Positions 49,681 through 62,431 of a stretch of DNA of 64,000 bases are shown piece after piece; the stretch's first letter is position 1, and every line of letters starts with the position of its first letter. A program made the translations under genes and the position numbers. Origin of the DNA: Octopus sinensis (taxonomy: Eukaryota); the NCBI RefSeq assembly GCF_006345805.1, contig NC_043025.1, positions 11,656,001 to 11,720,000 of the forward strand, written 5' to 3'. The notes below the pieces were generated by a model that made no database searches, was not told the DNA's origin, and worked only from the letters and a program-made list of their open reading frames with translations.

Positions 49681-50127
49681 ACACCATAATTTATGCATCT
49701 ATGAGAATTTGAAATTTTTAGCTTAGACAATTAATTACAGACATCTTCGTCAGAACAGACAACGAAATCAACCCCCCCCCCCGCTACTCTTTTTTTCGGT
49801 CACAGCTGGTCGAACTAGTAATAAACAAAATTGCTTAACTTTTGTAGTTTGTTTCTATGGACTTATCCATTGGTATAATAATATCCCATGCTGTGTGCAC
49901 TTTCTAATCGGATTTTCAGTGTTCTGTGCAACACTGTGGTGTTCAAGAGCTGACCATCACAGGTTCTGTGCCATAGAAACGGAAGCAATATCAGGGTCAG
50001 AAGTGGGAATTAGGGAAGACGGTAGGGTGTCATATTCTATAAATAAAAGACTAGAATTCTTCAAGGCAGTACCTCAGCATAGTTGCAGTCTTATGACTGA
50101 AATGAGTAAATGGTAAAATATACATAT

Positions 50128-50160
<33 letters not shown>

Positions 50161-50500
50161 GTTTAACGTCCGTTCTCCATGCTAGCATGGGTTGGACGGT
50201 TCGACCGGGGATCTGGGAAGCCAGAAGGCTGCACCAGGCTCCAGTCTTATCTGGCAATGTTTCTACAGCTGGATGCCCTTCCTAACGCCAACCACTCCGT
50301 GAGTGTAGTGGGTGCTTTTTACGTGCCACCAGCACAGGTACCGGGGGAGGGTGGCAACAGCCATGATCAGTTGGTGCTTTTTACGTGCCACCCGCACAGG
50401 TGCCAGGGGAGGCTGGTGCCTCAACAAGTCTTTGTGTCCAAGGAAGGAAAGGCATGTATAAGTGGGCTGGGCACACTTGTCCTGCCTGGTCTTCTCACAA
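50128..50500 (-). mobile_element. RTE-like 3'UTR fragment
   Basis: (CAT)n-CGTTTAACGTCCG end; short subrepeat region. Confidence 0.85.
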
Positions 50501-50599
50501 TATGGGTGAAAAAAAATTGAATATTAATTAATAACATCAATTTAAAACACCAAGTGGCCTAGTGTATAAAGACTGGGATACAATAAAAATTATTAATAC

Positions 50600-50872
50600 A
50601 AGTAATGAGAGAGAGTCCACATCTGGTCACTCTAACGTTCTCAAGAATTAATTCAACGCGCCAAGAATGTAAGCGAGCAGGACAAATGAAAAATAACGAA
50701 AAAATAGATTAACTCTATACAATTGTTTCACCATTAATAGATTGTGTAATTTTACTTACATAATTATTCTCGGTTCTTCAGTAAAGTGAGAACAATTCTT
50801 TAGTGGCGGATTCCCTTCGTGGATCTATATCTAGCGTTAGAGTGACCACATGTGGACTCTCTCTCATTACTT
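50600..50872. mobile_element. MITE with ~38-bp TIR
   Basis: AAGTAATGAGAGAGAGTCCACATCTGGTCACTCTAACG mirrored by CGTTAGAGTGACCACATGTGGACTCTCTCTCATTACTT. Confidence 0.8.
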
Positions 50873-50933
50873 ATATATATATATTATATATATTATATTA
50901 TACTCTTTTACTTGTTTCAGTCGTTGACTGCAG

Positions 50934-51033
50934 NNNNNNNNNNNNNNNNNNNNNNNNNNNNNNNNNNNNNNNNNNNNNNNNNNNNNNNNNNNNNNNNNNN
51001 NNNNNNNNNNNNNNNNNNNNNNNNNNNNNNNNN
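50934..51033. other. Assembly gap (exactly 100 N)
   Basis: Round-number N run, typical of an unknown-size placeholder. Confidence 0.98.
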
Positions 51034-51321
51034 GAAGGAGAAGAAGGAAGAGGAGGAGAGAAGAACAAGAACAAGAAGGAGAAGGAGAAGGAGAAGAACA
51101 AGGAGGAGGAGGAGAAGAAGAAGAAGGAGAAGAAGGAGGAGGAGAAGAAGGAGGAGAAGTAGGGGAGGTGAAGAAAGAGGAGAAGGAGAAGAGAAGAAGA
51201 AGAAGAAAGAGGAGAAGAAGAAGGTGAAGAAGAAAACAAAGAAGAAGAAAAAGAAGGAGAAGGAGACAGCAGTAGTAAAAACAGAGAAGTCATTACTACA
51301 ACAACAACAGCAACAACTCAC

Positions 51322-51487
51322 GATGACAATGTCGAGGTTGGGCTGCAGGTGGTCGGGCAGCGTCCGCAGCATCACCTCCTCCTCGGACATGCCGTGGAAG
51401 CGGTCTCGCTTCTTCTTCACCGGCATGTGGTCAGTGATCTTCTCCTGCTTCACTTTCTTCATGTTGGGCTTGGACATCTCAATGTTC
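51322..51487 (-). CDS. TDG: G/T mismatch-specific thymine DNA glycosylase, exon entering the catalytic domain
   Basis: NIEMSKPNMKKVKQEKITDHMPVKKKRDRFHGMSEEEVMLRTLPDHLQPNLDIVI matches the TDG DRFNG.SE.E...KTLPD.L..NLDIVI motif; acceptor CCCGCCAG, donor ATC|GTGAGT. Confidence 0.9.
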
Positions 51488-51534
51488 CTGGCGGGAGAGA
51501 GAGAGAGAGAGAGAGAGGAAATGAGACACAGAAG

Positions 51535-51930
51535 GGTAACTCTCTTACTTGTTTCAGTCATTTGACTGCAGCCATGCTGGAGCACCGCCTTTAGTCGAGC
51601 AACTCGACCCCGGGACTTATTCTTTTGTAACCCAGTACTTATTCTATCGGTCTCTTTTGCCGAACCGCTAAGTGACGGGACGTAAACACACCAGCATCGG
51701 TTTTCAAGCAATGCTAGGGGGACAAACACAGACACACAACCCACACACCATATATATATACATATATACGACAGGCTTCTTTCAGTTTCCGTCTACCAAA
51801 TCCACTCACAAGGATTGGTCGGCCGAGGCTATAGCAGAAGAAACTTGCCCAAGGTGCCACACGCAGTGGTACTGAACCCGGAACCATGTGGTTGGTTAGC
51901 AAGCTACTTACCACACAGCCACTCCTGCGC
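51535..51930 (-). mobile_element. SINE family A, full, intronic
   Basis: Reverse complement of the family A consensus. Confidence 0.9.
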
Positions 51931-52352
51931 CTAACTGGAAGAGACCTCGGGATCATCATCACCACCAGTTTTTACTTCTACTTTTCCATGCTGGCATGGG
52001 TCGGATGGCTTTGGCCAGAGCTGGTCGGCTGAAAAGCTGTCCAGACTCCAAGCGTCTGTTTTGGGAACGGTTTGTATGACCGGATGCCCTTCCTAATGCC
52101 AACCACTTCATAGAGTGTGCTGGGTGCCATTCATGTGTGACCAGCACGAGTGACTAAGACATGGAGCCTACATGAATGCATTTTACATGGCATCGCCATG
52201 AGTGTGCATCACTCATGGCATGAGTGCACTTTATGTGGCACCGGCCACATAAGATGCATTGATGCGAGTGCATTTGATGTGGCACCAGCATAAGTGCATT
52301 TTATGTGGCACTAATTCCCCAAAATCTCCCCCAAAAAAAGAAAAAATTTCCA

Positions 52353-53245
52353 GCATGGCTGTGTGGTAAGTAGCTTGTTTACCGACCACATGGTTCTGGG
52401 TTCAGTCCCACTGCATGGCACCTTGGGCAAGTGTCTTCTACTATAGCCTCGAGCCCCCAAAGCCTTGTGAGGTGAATTTGGTAAGACGGAAACTGAAGAA
52501 GCTGTCCGATATATGTATATATATATATGCAGGAGTGGATGTGTGGTAAGTAGCTTGCTCCCAACCATATGGTTCCGGTTCAGTCCCACTGCGTGGCACC
52601 TTGGGCAAGTGTCTTCTACTATAGCCTCGAGCCAACCAAAGCCTTGTGAGTGAATTTGGTAGACGGAAACTGAAAGAAGCCTGTCGTAATATGTATATAT
52701 AATATGCAGGAGTGGATGGTGTGGTAAGTAGCTTGCTTCCCAACCATATGGTTCCGGGTTCAGTCCACTGCGTGGCACCTTGGGCAAGTGTCTTCTACTA
52801 TAGCCTCAGGCCAACCAAAGCCTGTTGAGTGAAATTGGTAGACGGAAACTGAAAGAAGCTGTCGTATATATGTATATATTATAGCAGGAGTGGATGTGTG
52901 GTAAGTAGCTTGCTTCCAACCATATGGTTCCGGTTCAGTCCCACTGCGTGGCATCTTGGGCAAGTGTCTTCTACTATAGCCTCGAGCCAACCAAAGCCTT
53001 GTGAGTGGATTTGTAGACGGAAACTGAAAGAAGCCTGTCGTATATATTTATATATATATATATATATAATATTAATAGGGCAGGAGTGGCTTGTGGTAAG
53101 TAGCTTGTTTACCAACCACATGGTTCCGGGTTCAGTCCCCACTGCATGGCACCTTGGGCAAGTGTCTTCTACTATAGCCTCAGGCCAACCAGAGCCTTGT
53201 GAGTGGATTTGGTAGACGGAAACTGAAAGAAGCCTGTCGTATATA

Positions 53246-53282
<37 letters not shown>

Positions 53283-53790
53283 CGCAGGAGTGGCTGTGTG
53301 GTAAGTAGCTTGCTTCCCAACCATATTGTTCTGGTTCAGTCCCACTGCGTGGCACCTTGGGCAAGTGTCTTCTACTATAGGCCTCGAGCCAACCAAAGCC
53401 TTGTGAGTGGATTTGGTAGACGGAAACTGAAAGAAGCCTGTCGTATATATGTATATATATATGCAGGAGTGGATGTGTGGTAAGTAGCTTGCTTCCCAAC
53501 CATATGGTTCTGGGTTCAGTCCCACTGCATGGTACCTTGGGCAAGTGTCTTCTACTATAGCCTCGAGCCAACCAAAGCCTTGTGAGTGGATTTGGTAGAC
53601 GGAAACTGAAAGAAGCCTGTCGTATATATGTATATATATATGCAGGAGTGGATGTGTGGTAAGTAGCTTGCTTCCCAACCATATGGTTCCGGGTTCAGTC
53701 CCACTGCGTGGCACCTTGGGCAAGTGTCTTCTACTATAGCCTCAGGCCAACCAGAGCCTTGTGAATGGATTTGGTAGAAAGAAACTGAAA
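52353..53790 (+). repeat. 8 tandem SINE family A heads (~180 bp each), no tail
   Basis: GCAGGAGTGGATGTGTGGTAAG...GAAGCCTGTCGTATATAT repeats at ~52353, 52530, 52706, 52884, 53079, 53281, 53463 and 53642. Confidence 0.95.
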
Positions 53791-53924
53791 GAAGCCCATT
53801 GTGTGTGTGTACACGCACATGCATGTATGTCTACCTTTCTATGCTGGCATGGGTCGGATGCTGTCTGTTGAGGCAGAGGTAGATTTTTTCACCTCTAAAT
53901 CACAGGCAGATTTTTTCTACATTT

Positions 53925-54354
53925 AAGGCGGCGAGCTGGCAGAAACGTTAGCACACCGGGCGAATTGCTTAGCGGTATAACGTCTGCCGTTACGTTCTGA
54001 GTTCAAATTCCACCGAGGTAATTTCAACCAATCAATGACGTGTATTCAGCTGAATAAAATTACTGCAGTTGTTTTAAATAACAGTGGCAAATGAAAAATA
54101 CTCCGCGTTAGTTGTTGTTGTTGACAAATAACAGCAATAATTTTATTTGGCTGAATACACGTCATTGATTGGTTGAAATTACCAAAATACGACAACTTTA
54201 ACGTGAAATTACTTCGTAAATGTAAGCTTTTCTCAAAAACACTAAAAGTAAAAGATGTTTTATATGACACATTCTACCAGTGTGCGAAGTTTTGAAAGTG
54301 TTTAGTTACAAAGAAATTATTTTTAAAATCTGTCGGTCAAAAGGTAAAGATCCA
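53925..54354. mobile_element. SINE B head (+) followed by the right half of a GGATC-TIR MITE
   Basis: AAGGCGGCGAGCTGGCAGAAACG...; then ...GTCGGTCAAAAGGTAAAAGATCC. Confidence 0.7.
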
Positions 54355-54381
54355 TAACATGAATACAAATATGGCACTCAC

Positions 54382-54519
54382 TCCTCAATGGGTTCCGCCT
54401 TTATTTTCCTCTTGCCTTTCATCATTTTGCCTAGATTGGAATCAGGTTCAAGTTTAACTGCTTGTAGTGGTGCTCCGTAGATAGGTGGAACTGGTGCTGG
54501 GCCCATTTGATATGGATAA
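54382..54519 (-). CDS. TDG: Upstream TDG exon (N-terminal region)
   Basis: TTTGCAG acceptor, GA|GTGAGT donor; phase-2 end joins the 51487 exon in frame (GA+G=Glu); YPYQMGPAPVPPIYGAPLQAVKLEPDSNLGKMMKGKRKIKAEPIEE. Assignment rests on phase and proximity. Confidence 0.7.
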
Positions 54520-55534
54520 CTGCAAACAGAGAAAAGGACATTGCAAGTTTTAAGCACACATGCATTTATATGAAGGTCATATAACCGAAACTTCAAAATC
54601 ATGGTCAAGTATTTTCTATGTAAATACAATATTGTATGTGAAGTGTGTATATAAATATATATTGTTTTATCTATACCTCAAAGGGTCAGCCTTATCACAT
54701 TCTTATTTCATTATTGCCCACAAGGGGCTAAACACAGAGGGGACAAACAAGGACAGACAAAGGGATTAAGTTGATTACATCGACCCCAGTGTGTAAACTG
54801 GTACTTAATTTATTTTCATTTCCTGGTCACTGGAATAATGTTAACCTCTCAAACCCTATGAAGAAACACTCTATAAACGTGTTTTTCTTCATTTTCATTT
54901 CAAATGTAGACCAATTTAGACGAAAAGTATACGAGACATGAGACACGTAATCCTACAAATCCCGTAAAAATTTCAAGAAAATTGGACAAGGGGTTTTGAT
55001 TTTATTGAGGAATGATTAAGCACAGGCATCCACCCATGACCAACATGTGGATTTGCATGTCGAGGACTGCAATGTTCAATGGGTCTTTCCAATTATTTTA
55101 AGAAGGTAGAAGGTGATTGGAGAGGGTTAGGTGCTATTTCAAGCAGGCTGAGTGGACTGCAAAGAGGTTCCATCAGGAAACTCGTTGGAAGTTGTTGATG
55201 TTGTTGTTATAGCTATCACAGTTTCACAGCACCCAAATTATTCCCCGTGTCAAATTAGATGAATTGGTCATCGTTGGAATGTCTGTCTATCAGGACTGAC
55301 CATGGGGCAAAGTAAAAACAAGAAAAAAAAATGAAAAAACAAAATAGGAAGGTTTAGAAACCAGAAAAGGGTAGGTTCAGACGCAGGAATTTAAGGGTTG
55401 TTGAAGCAAATACTTACTAATAGGGGCTTCCGATGTTCATAGTCCGTAGAAACCAGCAGGTGGCGTTTGCGTAGCTAAGGTCCTGGAAAAGTGTCAAGAT
55501 ATGGAAACAGGTAAATAGAACAATAGATAAATAG

Positions 55535-55579
55535 AATACACATGTGTGTGTGTGTGTGTGTGTGTGTTGTAGTGTGTGT

Positions 55580-55610
<31 letters not shown>

Positions 55611-56013
55611 CATGTGTGTGTGCATGTGAGTGTGTGTGTGCATGTGTGTGTGTGTGTGCATGCGTGTGTATGTGTGCATGTGTGTGTGTGTGTGCATGTG
55701 AGTGTGTGTGTGTGTGCATGTGAGTGTGTGTGTGCATGTGAGTGTGTGTGTGTGTGTTTGTGTGAGTGTGTGTGCATGTGTGTGTGTGTGCATGTGTGTG
55801 TGTGCATGTGTGTGTGTGTGTGTGGTGTGTGTGTGTGTGTTTGTGTGAGTGTGTTCTATGGTGAGTGTGTGCATGTGGTGCATGTGTGTGTGTGTGTTGT
55901 GTGCTTGTGTGTGTGTGTGCATGTGTGTGTATGCATGTGAGTGTGTGTGTGTGGTGCATGTGGTGTGTGTGTGTGTGTTTTGTGTGAGTGTGTGTGCATG
56001 TGTGTGTGTGTGC

Positions 56014-56049
<36 letters not shown>

Positions 56050-56320
56050 TGTGATGTGTGTCTATGTGAGTGTGTGTGTGTGTGTGCATGTGTGTGTGTG
56101 TGTGTGTGCATGTGAGTGTGTATGTGTGCATGTGTGTGTGTGTGTGTGCATGTGAGTGTGTGTGTGCATGTGAGTGTGTGTGTGCATGTGTGTGTGTGTG
56201 TGCATGTGAGTGTGTGTGTGTGTGTGCATATGTGTGTGCGTGCATGTTGTGTGTGTGTGCATGTGAGTGTGTGTGTGTGTGTGCATATGAGTGTGTGTGC
56301 ATGTGTGCATTTGTGAGTGT
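55535..56320. repeat. (GT)n with CATG/GAG interruptions
   Basis: Direct read. Confidence 0.95.
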
Positions 56321-56323
56321 AAA

Positions 56324-56716
56324 TCTCTCTCTCTATAAAGCTGAAGTTGTCTGTGTATGGCAGGTTTGGTAACCTTCAACTAACACTATCTCCTCCAAGA
56401 CCCTGCGGCGCAAGTTGACCAAAATTGAGAGTATGATAGAAGAAGGCTTGCTCTTCATTCCGTAGAAGAAAAAATTCAGATCAGACCATGTTAACACCAA
56501 AAATTATTTACATCAAAAAGGTGCTTTTTTTCTATGGAAATCCCTATTTTTTAATGATTTTTTCACTGCTGTGTCGCCATTTTTCGGTGTATTTCAACCA
56601 GAAAAATGTTCACTTAAAGAGAATAACAAGCTACAGAATGCAAAATTTTTACTTTCCAAAAATTCCAATTCTAAAGGGTCGAAACAAACCCGAGCAACGC
56701 CAGGCGATACTGCTAG
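56324..56716 (+). mobile_element. Non-autonomous Helitron, full
   Basis: A|TC...CCCGAGCAACGCCAGGCGATACTGCTAG|T. Confidence 0.8.
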
Positions 56717-57149
56717 TTTATGTATAAAATACTACAATTAGCTGTCATTTTTGACAGCACGTGGCCAGCTAGTATTGGAAATAAACGACACCACTTGTAT
56801 AACAGTGACATTCATTTACAATTGCCACGTGATGTCAAGAGATGCCAACACACACGCACACACACATGATGGGCTTCTTTCAGTTTCCTTCTACCAGATC
56901 CACTCATAAGACTCTAGCCGGTACTATATATAGCAGAAGGCACTTGGCCAAGGTGTCACGCAGTGGAACGACACAGTCACGTCGGCACCTGTTCTCACCA
57001 CACAGTTACACCTGAGAAATTTCGCTACTATATCTAGCAAATCAAGGGACTATGTAGAGACACTCTTGTTAGATTGGATGACATGAAGAAATATGTGGTG
57101 GTGGTCATATTAGGAAATAGTGATACCGAGTCTCAGTCAGCAATGCTCT

Positions 57150-57374
57150 GTTCTGTTACTCTTTTACTTGTTTCAGTTATGTGACTGTGGCCATGCTGGA
57201 GCACCACCTTTTAGTCCAGCAAATCAACCCCAGGACTTATTCTTTGTAAGCCTAGTACTTATTCTATCGATGTCTTTTGCTGAACTGCAAAGTTACAGGG
57301 ACGTAAACACACCAGCATCGGTTGTCAAGCAATGTTAGGGGGACAAATACAGACACACACATATATACATATAT

Positions 57375-57407
<33 letters not shown>

Positions 57408-57524
57408 CAGGGTGTCCCCAAAAAATGTATACACACCTTAAATAATTTAAATAATTGTAAATTTGTTATTCTTTGTAAGCCTAGTACTTATTCTATCGTT
57501 CTCTTTTGCCGAACCACTATGTGT

Positions 57525-57567
<43 letters not shown>

Positions 57568-57740
57568 ATACATATATACGACGGGCTTCTTTCAGTTTCC
57601 GTCAGCCAAATCCACTCACAAGGCTTTGGTCGGCCAGGGGCTATGGTAGAAGACACTTGCCCACGGTGCCATGCAGTGGGACTGAACCCAGAACCATGTG
57701 GTTGGTAAGCAAGCTACTTACCACACAGCCACTCCTACCC
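57150..57740 (-). mobile_element. SINE family A pieces with a short Tc1-like end (TA|CAGGGTGTCCCC at ~57408)
   Basis: Tail 57150-57350, partial tail plus head 57460-57740. Confidence 0.75.
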
Positions 57741-58379
57741 CTATAACTGTTTAACATCAGGTCAGTCCTGATTAAGCAGGCTTATAATCTCAGACGTTCT
57801 AGCTGTGACCATCCTTTTTTTCTTTTTTCATGTTAAGTGTATCTAGGAGTACATCCTCCAATTGGTCCCAGCAGTTTTTAATAGATTAGGAAATGGTATG
57901 AAGGTTAGTTGACTGCTATTTCTAGCAAGCAGATTCAGGCGACCAGAAGGAGGCTCCGTGTTATTAGTCAGCAAATGTAGAGTAGCAGTGAGAGTGGGAG
58001 AAAGGCAGAGAGGCAGAGGGAAGAGAGAGCTAAGCAATGAAGGGGGGAGGGAAATTAATGCGAGAGAGAAAGACTATAAGGGACACAATGCGCGTCTGAG
58101 TGAGAGAGAGAGAGGAATAGAAGAGAGATGAGAGAAGGGAAGAGAAGTTGTATGTGTGTAATAGAGAGAGAGTATAAGTGAGTGGAAAAAGAAGGGGTCA
58201 GAATGAGGTAAAGAAAATAAGGGAGAAATAGGGACCAGAATGTGGGCATGAATGAGAGATATAGAGGGAATGAGAGGAATAAGGGGGGGGAGAAGAAGAA
58301 AGAGAGGGCAATGCAGAAAGTAGTCGAGGGCAGAGAAGGGAACAGAATGTGAGGGAGAAGGGGAGAGAATGAGTGAATG

Positions 58380-59035
58380 AGAGAGGGGGATAGAATATTA
58401 ATATGTGAGAGAGAGGGAGAGAGAGTTGGAAAGAGAGAACATATTGAGAGAGAGAGAGGGAGAGTAGGGATGTAATATATATGAGAGGGGGGAAACAGTG
58501 GAGAAAGAGAGAAAATATTGAGAGAGAGAGAGAGTAGGGATGTAATATATATGAGAGGGGGGAAACAGTGGAGAAAGAGAGAGAATATTGAGAGAGAGAG
58601 AGAGAGAGAGAGAGTAGGGATGTAATATATATGAGAGGGGGAAACAGTGAGGAAAGAGAGAAAATATTGAGAGAGAGAGAGAGTAGGGATGTAATATATA
58701 TGAGAGGGGAGAACAGTGGAGAAAGAGTGAAAATATTGAGAGAGAGAGAGAGAAGAGAGTAGGATGTAATATATATGAGAGAGGGGGAAACAGTGAAGAA
58801 AGAGAGAAACTATTGAGAGAGAGAGAGAGAGTAGGGATGTAATATGTATGAGAGGGGGAAAAAGTGGAGAAAGAGAGAAAATATTGAGAGAGAGAGGGAG
58901 AGTAGGGATGTAATATATATGAGAGGGGGGAGACAGTATAGAAAGAGAGAAAATATTGAGAGAGAGAGAGAGAGAGAGAGTAGGGATATAATATATATGA
59001 GAGGGGGGAAACTGGAGAAAGAGAGAGAGAGAGAG
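58380..59035. repeat. ~60-65-bp purine-rich minisatellite x ~10
   Basis: GAGTAGGGATGTAATATATATGAGAGGGGGAAACAGTGGAGAAAGAGAGAAAATATT(GA)n. Confidence 0.92.
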
Positions 59036-59280
59036 GACGGTTAAATAACCGTAAATAATTTGAAATCTTTTCCTTGTTTTTCCGGCTGGATTAGATCCCC
59101 GTTCAACTAAACAAAGACATAGATAAACAGTAATAGTGACTACCACTAAATTTATTTCCGATTTAGACCCAGGGGGGGAGGGTGTGAGTAGATTCGATCG
59201 ACCCCAGGACTTGGACTGGACCTCGGGTGGATGAAAGACAAAATTTATACTTCAGCAAGATTTGAAATCAGAACATAATA

Positions 59281-60019
59281 TATTTCTTTATTGCCCACAA
59301 AGGGGCTAAACATAGAGGGGACAAACAAGGCCAGACAAAAGGATTAAGTCGATTAGATTGACCCCAGTGCTTAACTGGTACTTTATTTATCAACCCCGAA
59401 AGGATGAAAGGCAAAGTCGACCTCGGCAGAATTTGAACTCAGAACATAGCGGCAGACGAAATACCTATTTCTATTTCTTTACTACCCACAAGGGGTTAAA
59501 CAGAGAGGGGACAAACAAGGACAGACAAAGGGATTTAGTCGATTAGATCGACCCCAGTGCGAAACTGGTACTTAATTTATCGACCCCCGAAAGGATGAAA
59601 GGCAAAGTCGACCTCGGCGGAATTTGAACTCAGAACATAGCGGCAGACGAAATACCTATTTCTATTTCTTTACTACCCACAAGGGGCTAAACATAGAGGG
59701 GACAAACAAGGCCAGACAAAGGGATTTAGTCGATTAGATCGACCCCAGTGCGAAACTGGTACTTAATTTATCGACCCCCGAAAGGATGAAAGGCAAAGTC
59801 GATCTCGGCGGAATTTGAACTCAGAACATAGCGGCAGACGAAATACCTATTTCTATTTCTTTACTACCCACAAGGGGCTAAACATAGAGGGGACAAACAA
59901 AGACAGACAAAGGGATTTAGTCGATTAGATCGAACCCAGTGCGAAACTGGTACTTAATTTATCGACCCCCCGAAAGGATGAAAGGCAAAGTCGACCTCGG
60001 CGGAATTTGAACTCAGAAC
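59281..60019 (-). mobile_element. SINE family B tetramer, 5'-truncated, with TSD, inside an older SINE B
   Basis: CAGAACATAATA(TA) at 59269-59282 and 60020-60033; junctions at 59465, 59656 and 59847. Confidence 0.9.
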
Positions 60020-60515
60020 CAGAACATAATATAAAGAGCTTGAATAAGAACCGCAAAGTACTTTTTTTTTCCTGCTGCTCTAACGATTCTGCCAAACACT
60101 TCGAGCATCGTTCGTTAAACACAAAAGTTACAAGAATATGAATCGACCCAAGTATTATGTCGAAGGTTTATTTTGCATTATCAATAATAAACCACATACT
60201 CCTGCATATACAACAGAGTAGAACTTTGAAAACATGTGTGTGTGTTAGTTTCCTTTGTCCTGGGTATTAAAATAGCCGATCTCTGTTCTAGGCTGGGTAT
60301 CATATGGATGAAGACGGGGGTAAGAGCAGCTGTTAAAAATACGGTAGAATTTGAAGCGAAGAAAGAAAAGTTTCGGCTATATGAGGAATGTAATTTTTAT
60401 TTCATGAAGGGTTTTTCGTTAATTAGACCCCGAAACAATTTGTAGAATGTATACTGGCTCTGTACCAGCTTGGATTACGAAGTGAATTAAAGTTCGTCTA
60501 AACTTAGAATTCAAA

Positions 60516-60863
60516 TTCTGAGTTCAAATTCCGCCGAGGTCGACTTTGCCTTTCATCCTTTCGGGGGTCGATAAATAAAGTACCAGTTACGCACTGGGGT
60601 CGATCTAATCGACTAAATCCCTTTGTCTGTCCTTGTTTGTCCCCTCTATGTTTAGCCCCTTGTGGGTAGTAAAGAAATAGGTATTTCGTCTGTTTTTACG
60701 TTCTGAGTTCAAATTCTGCCGAGGTCGACTTTGCCTTTCATCCTTTCGGGGTCGATTAAATAAAGTACCAGTTACGCACTGGGGTCGATGTAATCGACTT
60801 CATCCCTTTGTCTGTCCTTGTTTGTCCCCTCTGTGTTTAGCCCCTGTGGGTAGTAAAGAAATA
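60516..60863 (+). mobile_element. SINE family B dimer with probable 10-bp TSD
   Basis: Junction GTAGTAAAGAAATA|GGTATTTCG at 60679/60680; ACTTAGAATT at 60502-60511 and 60867-60876. Confidence 0.85.
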
Positions 60864-61876
60864 TATACTTAGAATTTTCCTTTCCTTATATTTCATATAT
60901 ATATATATATATATATTATAAATATATATATATAATATATCATATATATATATATATATATATACATATACATAAGTAGTAATATCTGCGCCCCAAAGTA
61001 TAAATAAAGCTATATGCTAGTAACCATAGGAGGGTAGACTCGTTGTGGTGTCGATCGAACTGTTAGAAATAGCAACAAATATCCTTAAAATCACATCAAC
61101 GATATACTTTTACAATAAACTTACGAGATAAGGAGGAAGGTTTCCACTTGGACCAACTAGATAATGAAGTCCATCTCAAAATAAGAAAGGCACGGTTGTA
61201 ACACTTTCTGATTGAAGGTCTGCTTCGGTTCGGACCAGACCCGAGGTTAAACGACTGGTTTGTCGAGGCTTTGTGTGGTGTGTGTGTGTGTGAGATGAGA
61301 GAGAGAGAGAGAGCAAGCTATGAGTGGAGACTCTTATATTTTGCCGGTTGTAGATACGAACGAAAAACCGATTCCATCAAATAACCAGTAAAAAAAAAGA
61401 AAAGCAGGGACCAAATCTCGATCAAATTATACCAGGGTGTTTTAAAGAAAATGAAGGATACATAAGGGATTATGTAGGGCAATCGTTCATTTAAAGGGGA
61501 TCTTCTTAACCCCCGCCCACTTTAAATATATTTTTATTATTATGGTTTTTTTCTTAAAACCAGTCTTTGGATATTATTTCGAACATGATTTTCAAAACAT
61601 AAATAAGGTCTAATCTCTTACTATTTTTATTTTTAAGACATAAAAAAAAATGATATTGCTGGGGTGAATTTAAAATACAAGCTAAAACAAGTTTCTAATA
61701 TAGTCGCAGATGCGCGATATATGAGGGAACTTGGACAGAGATGGCCATATCTGGAATACTTTTATACTTTTGATAACAGGCTTGCTCGATCAGATCTCAT
61801 CAGCGGTTAAATAACTAGTTAAGCGAGTGTGTGTGTGTGTGTGTGTATGAGTGTATATATACATATACATACTTAG

Positions 61877-61907
<31 letters not shown>

Positions 61908-62431
61908 AATATTTTATAATTACGGGTATAATTATAATTAGGCTTCGGCAAATTCGTAATTATAAAATATTGCTTAAGTTTACCGGAAAATGGTCCTTTT
62001 TAACATGCCGGATTCTACTTGAGGAATTATTAATTACTAGTTAATTAATTAATTTTACCCCTTATCATTACTGATCATACATACATTATACATACATATA
62101 TATAATATATATATATATATATAATATATATATATAAAGAGAGAGATTGCATACGTAGTATATGTGTGTGCATATATATATAAAATTTATATATATATAC
62201 CGATAGTCAAACGTACACAAGAGGCGAAAATGATTATGGAAACAAACTGAACGTACCTGCTAAATTGTGACATGTTGGCAAAGCACTTAACTACAAAACA
62301 ATGCTTTAAGGCAATTCACAGCTGGGCGAAGACGAACAGAGTTACCTTCCTTGGCTCTAGTGAAACCGACACGCGAGTGAGCCTCGACTTGCTAGAAATG
62401 ACAGCCAAACTATCTTGGAATCACAAATAAC

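Noticed and set aside
49738-49765. CTGACGAAGA on the minus strand
   Set aside because: No downstream GAAA or stems.
51034-51310. Glu/Lys/Arg-rich ORFs beside the gap
   Set aside because: GAA/GGA low-complexity intron sequence downstream of the TDG donor site.
58055-59146. 363-aa minus-strand ORF
   Set aside because: Translation of a GA-rich minisatellite.
59040-60445. Further upstream TDG exons (59045-59115 minus; ORF 60236-60445)
   Set aside because: No donor giving the required phase 2, and no recognisable TDG similarity.
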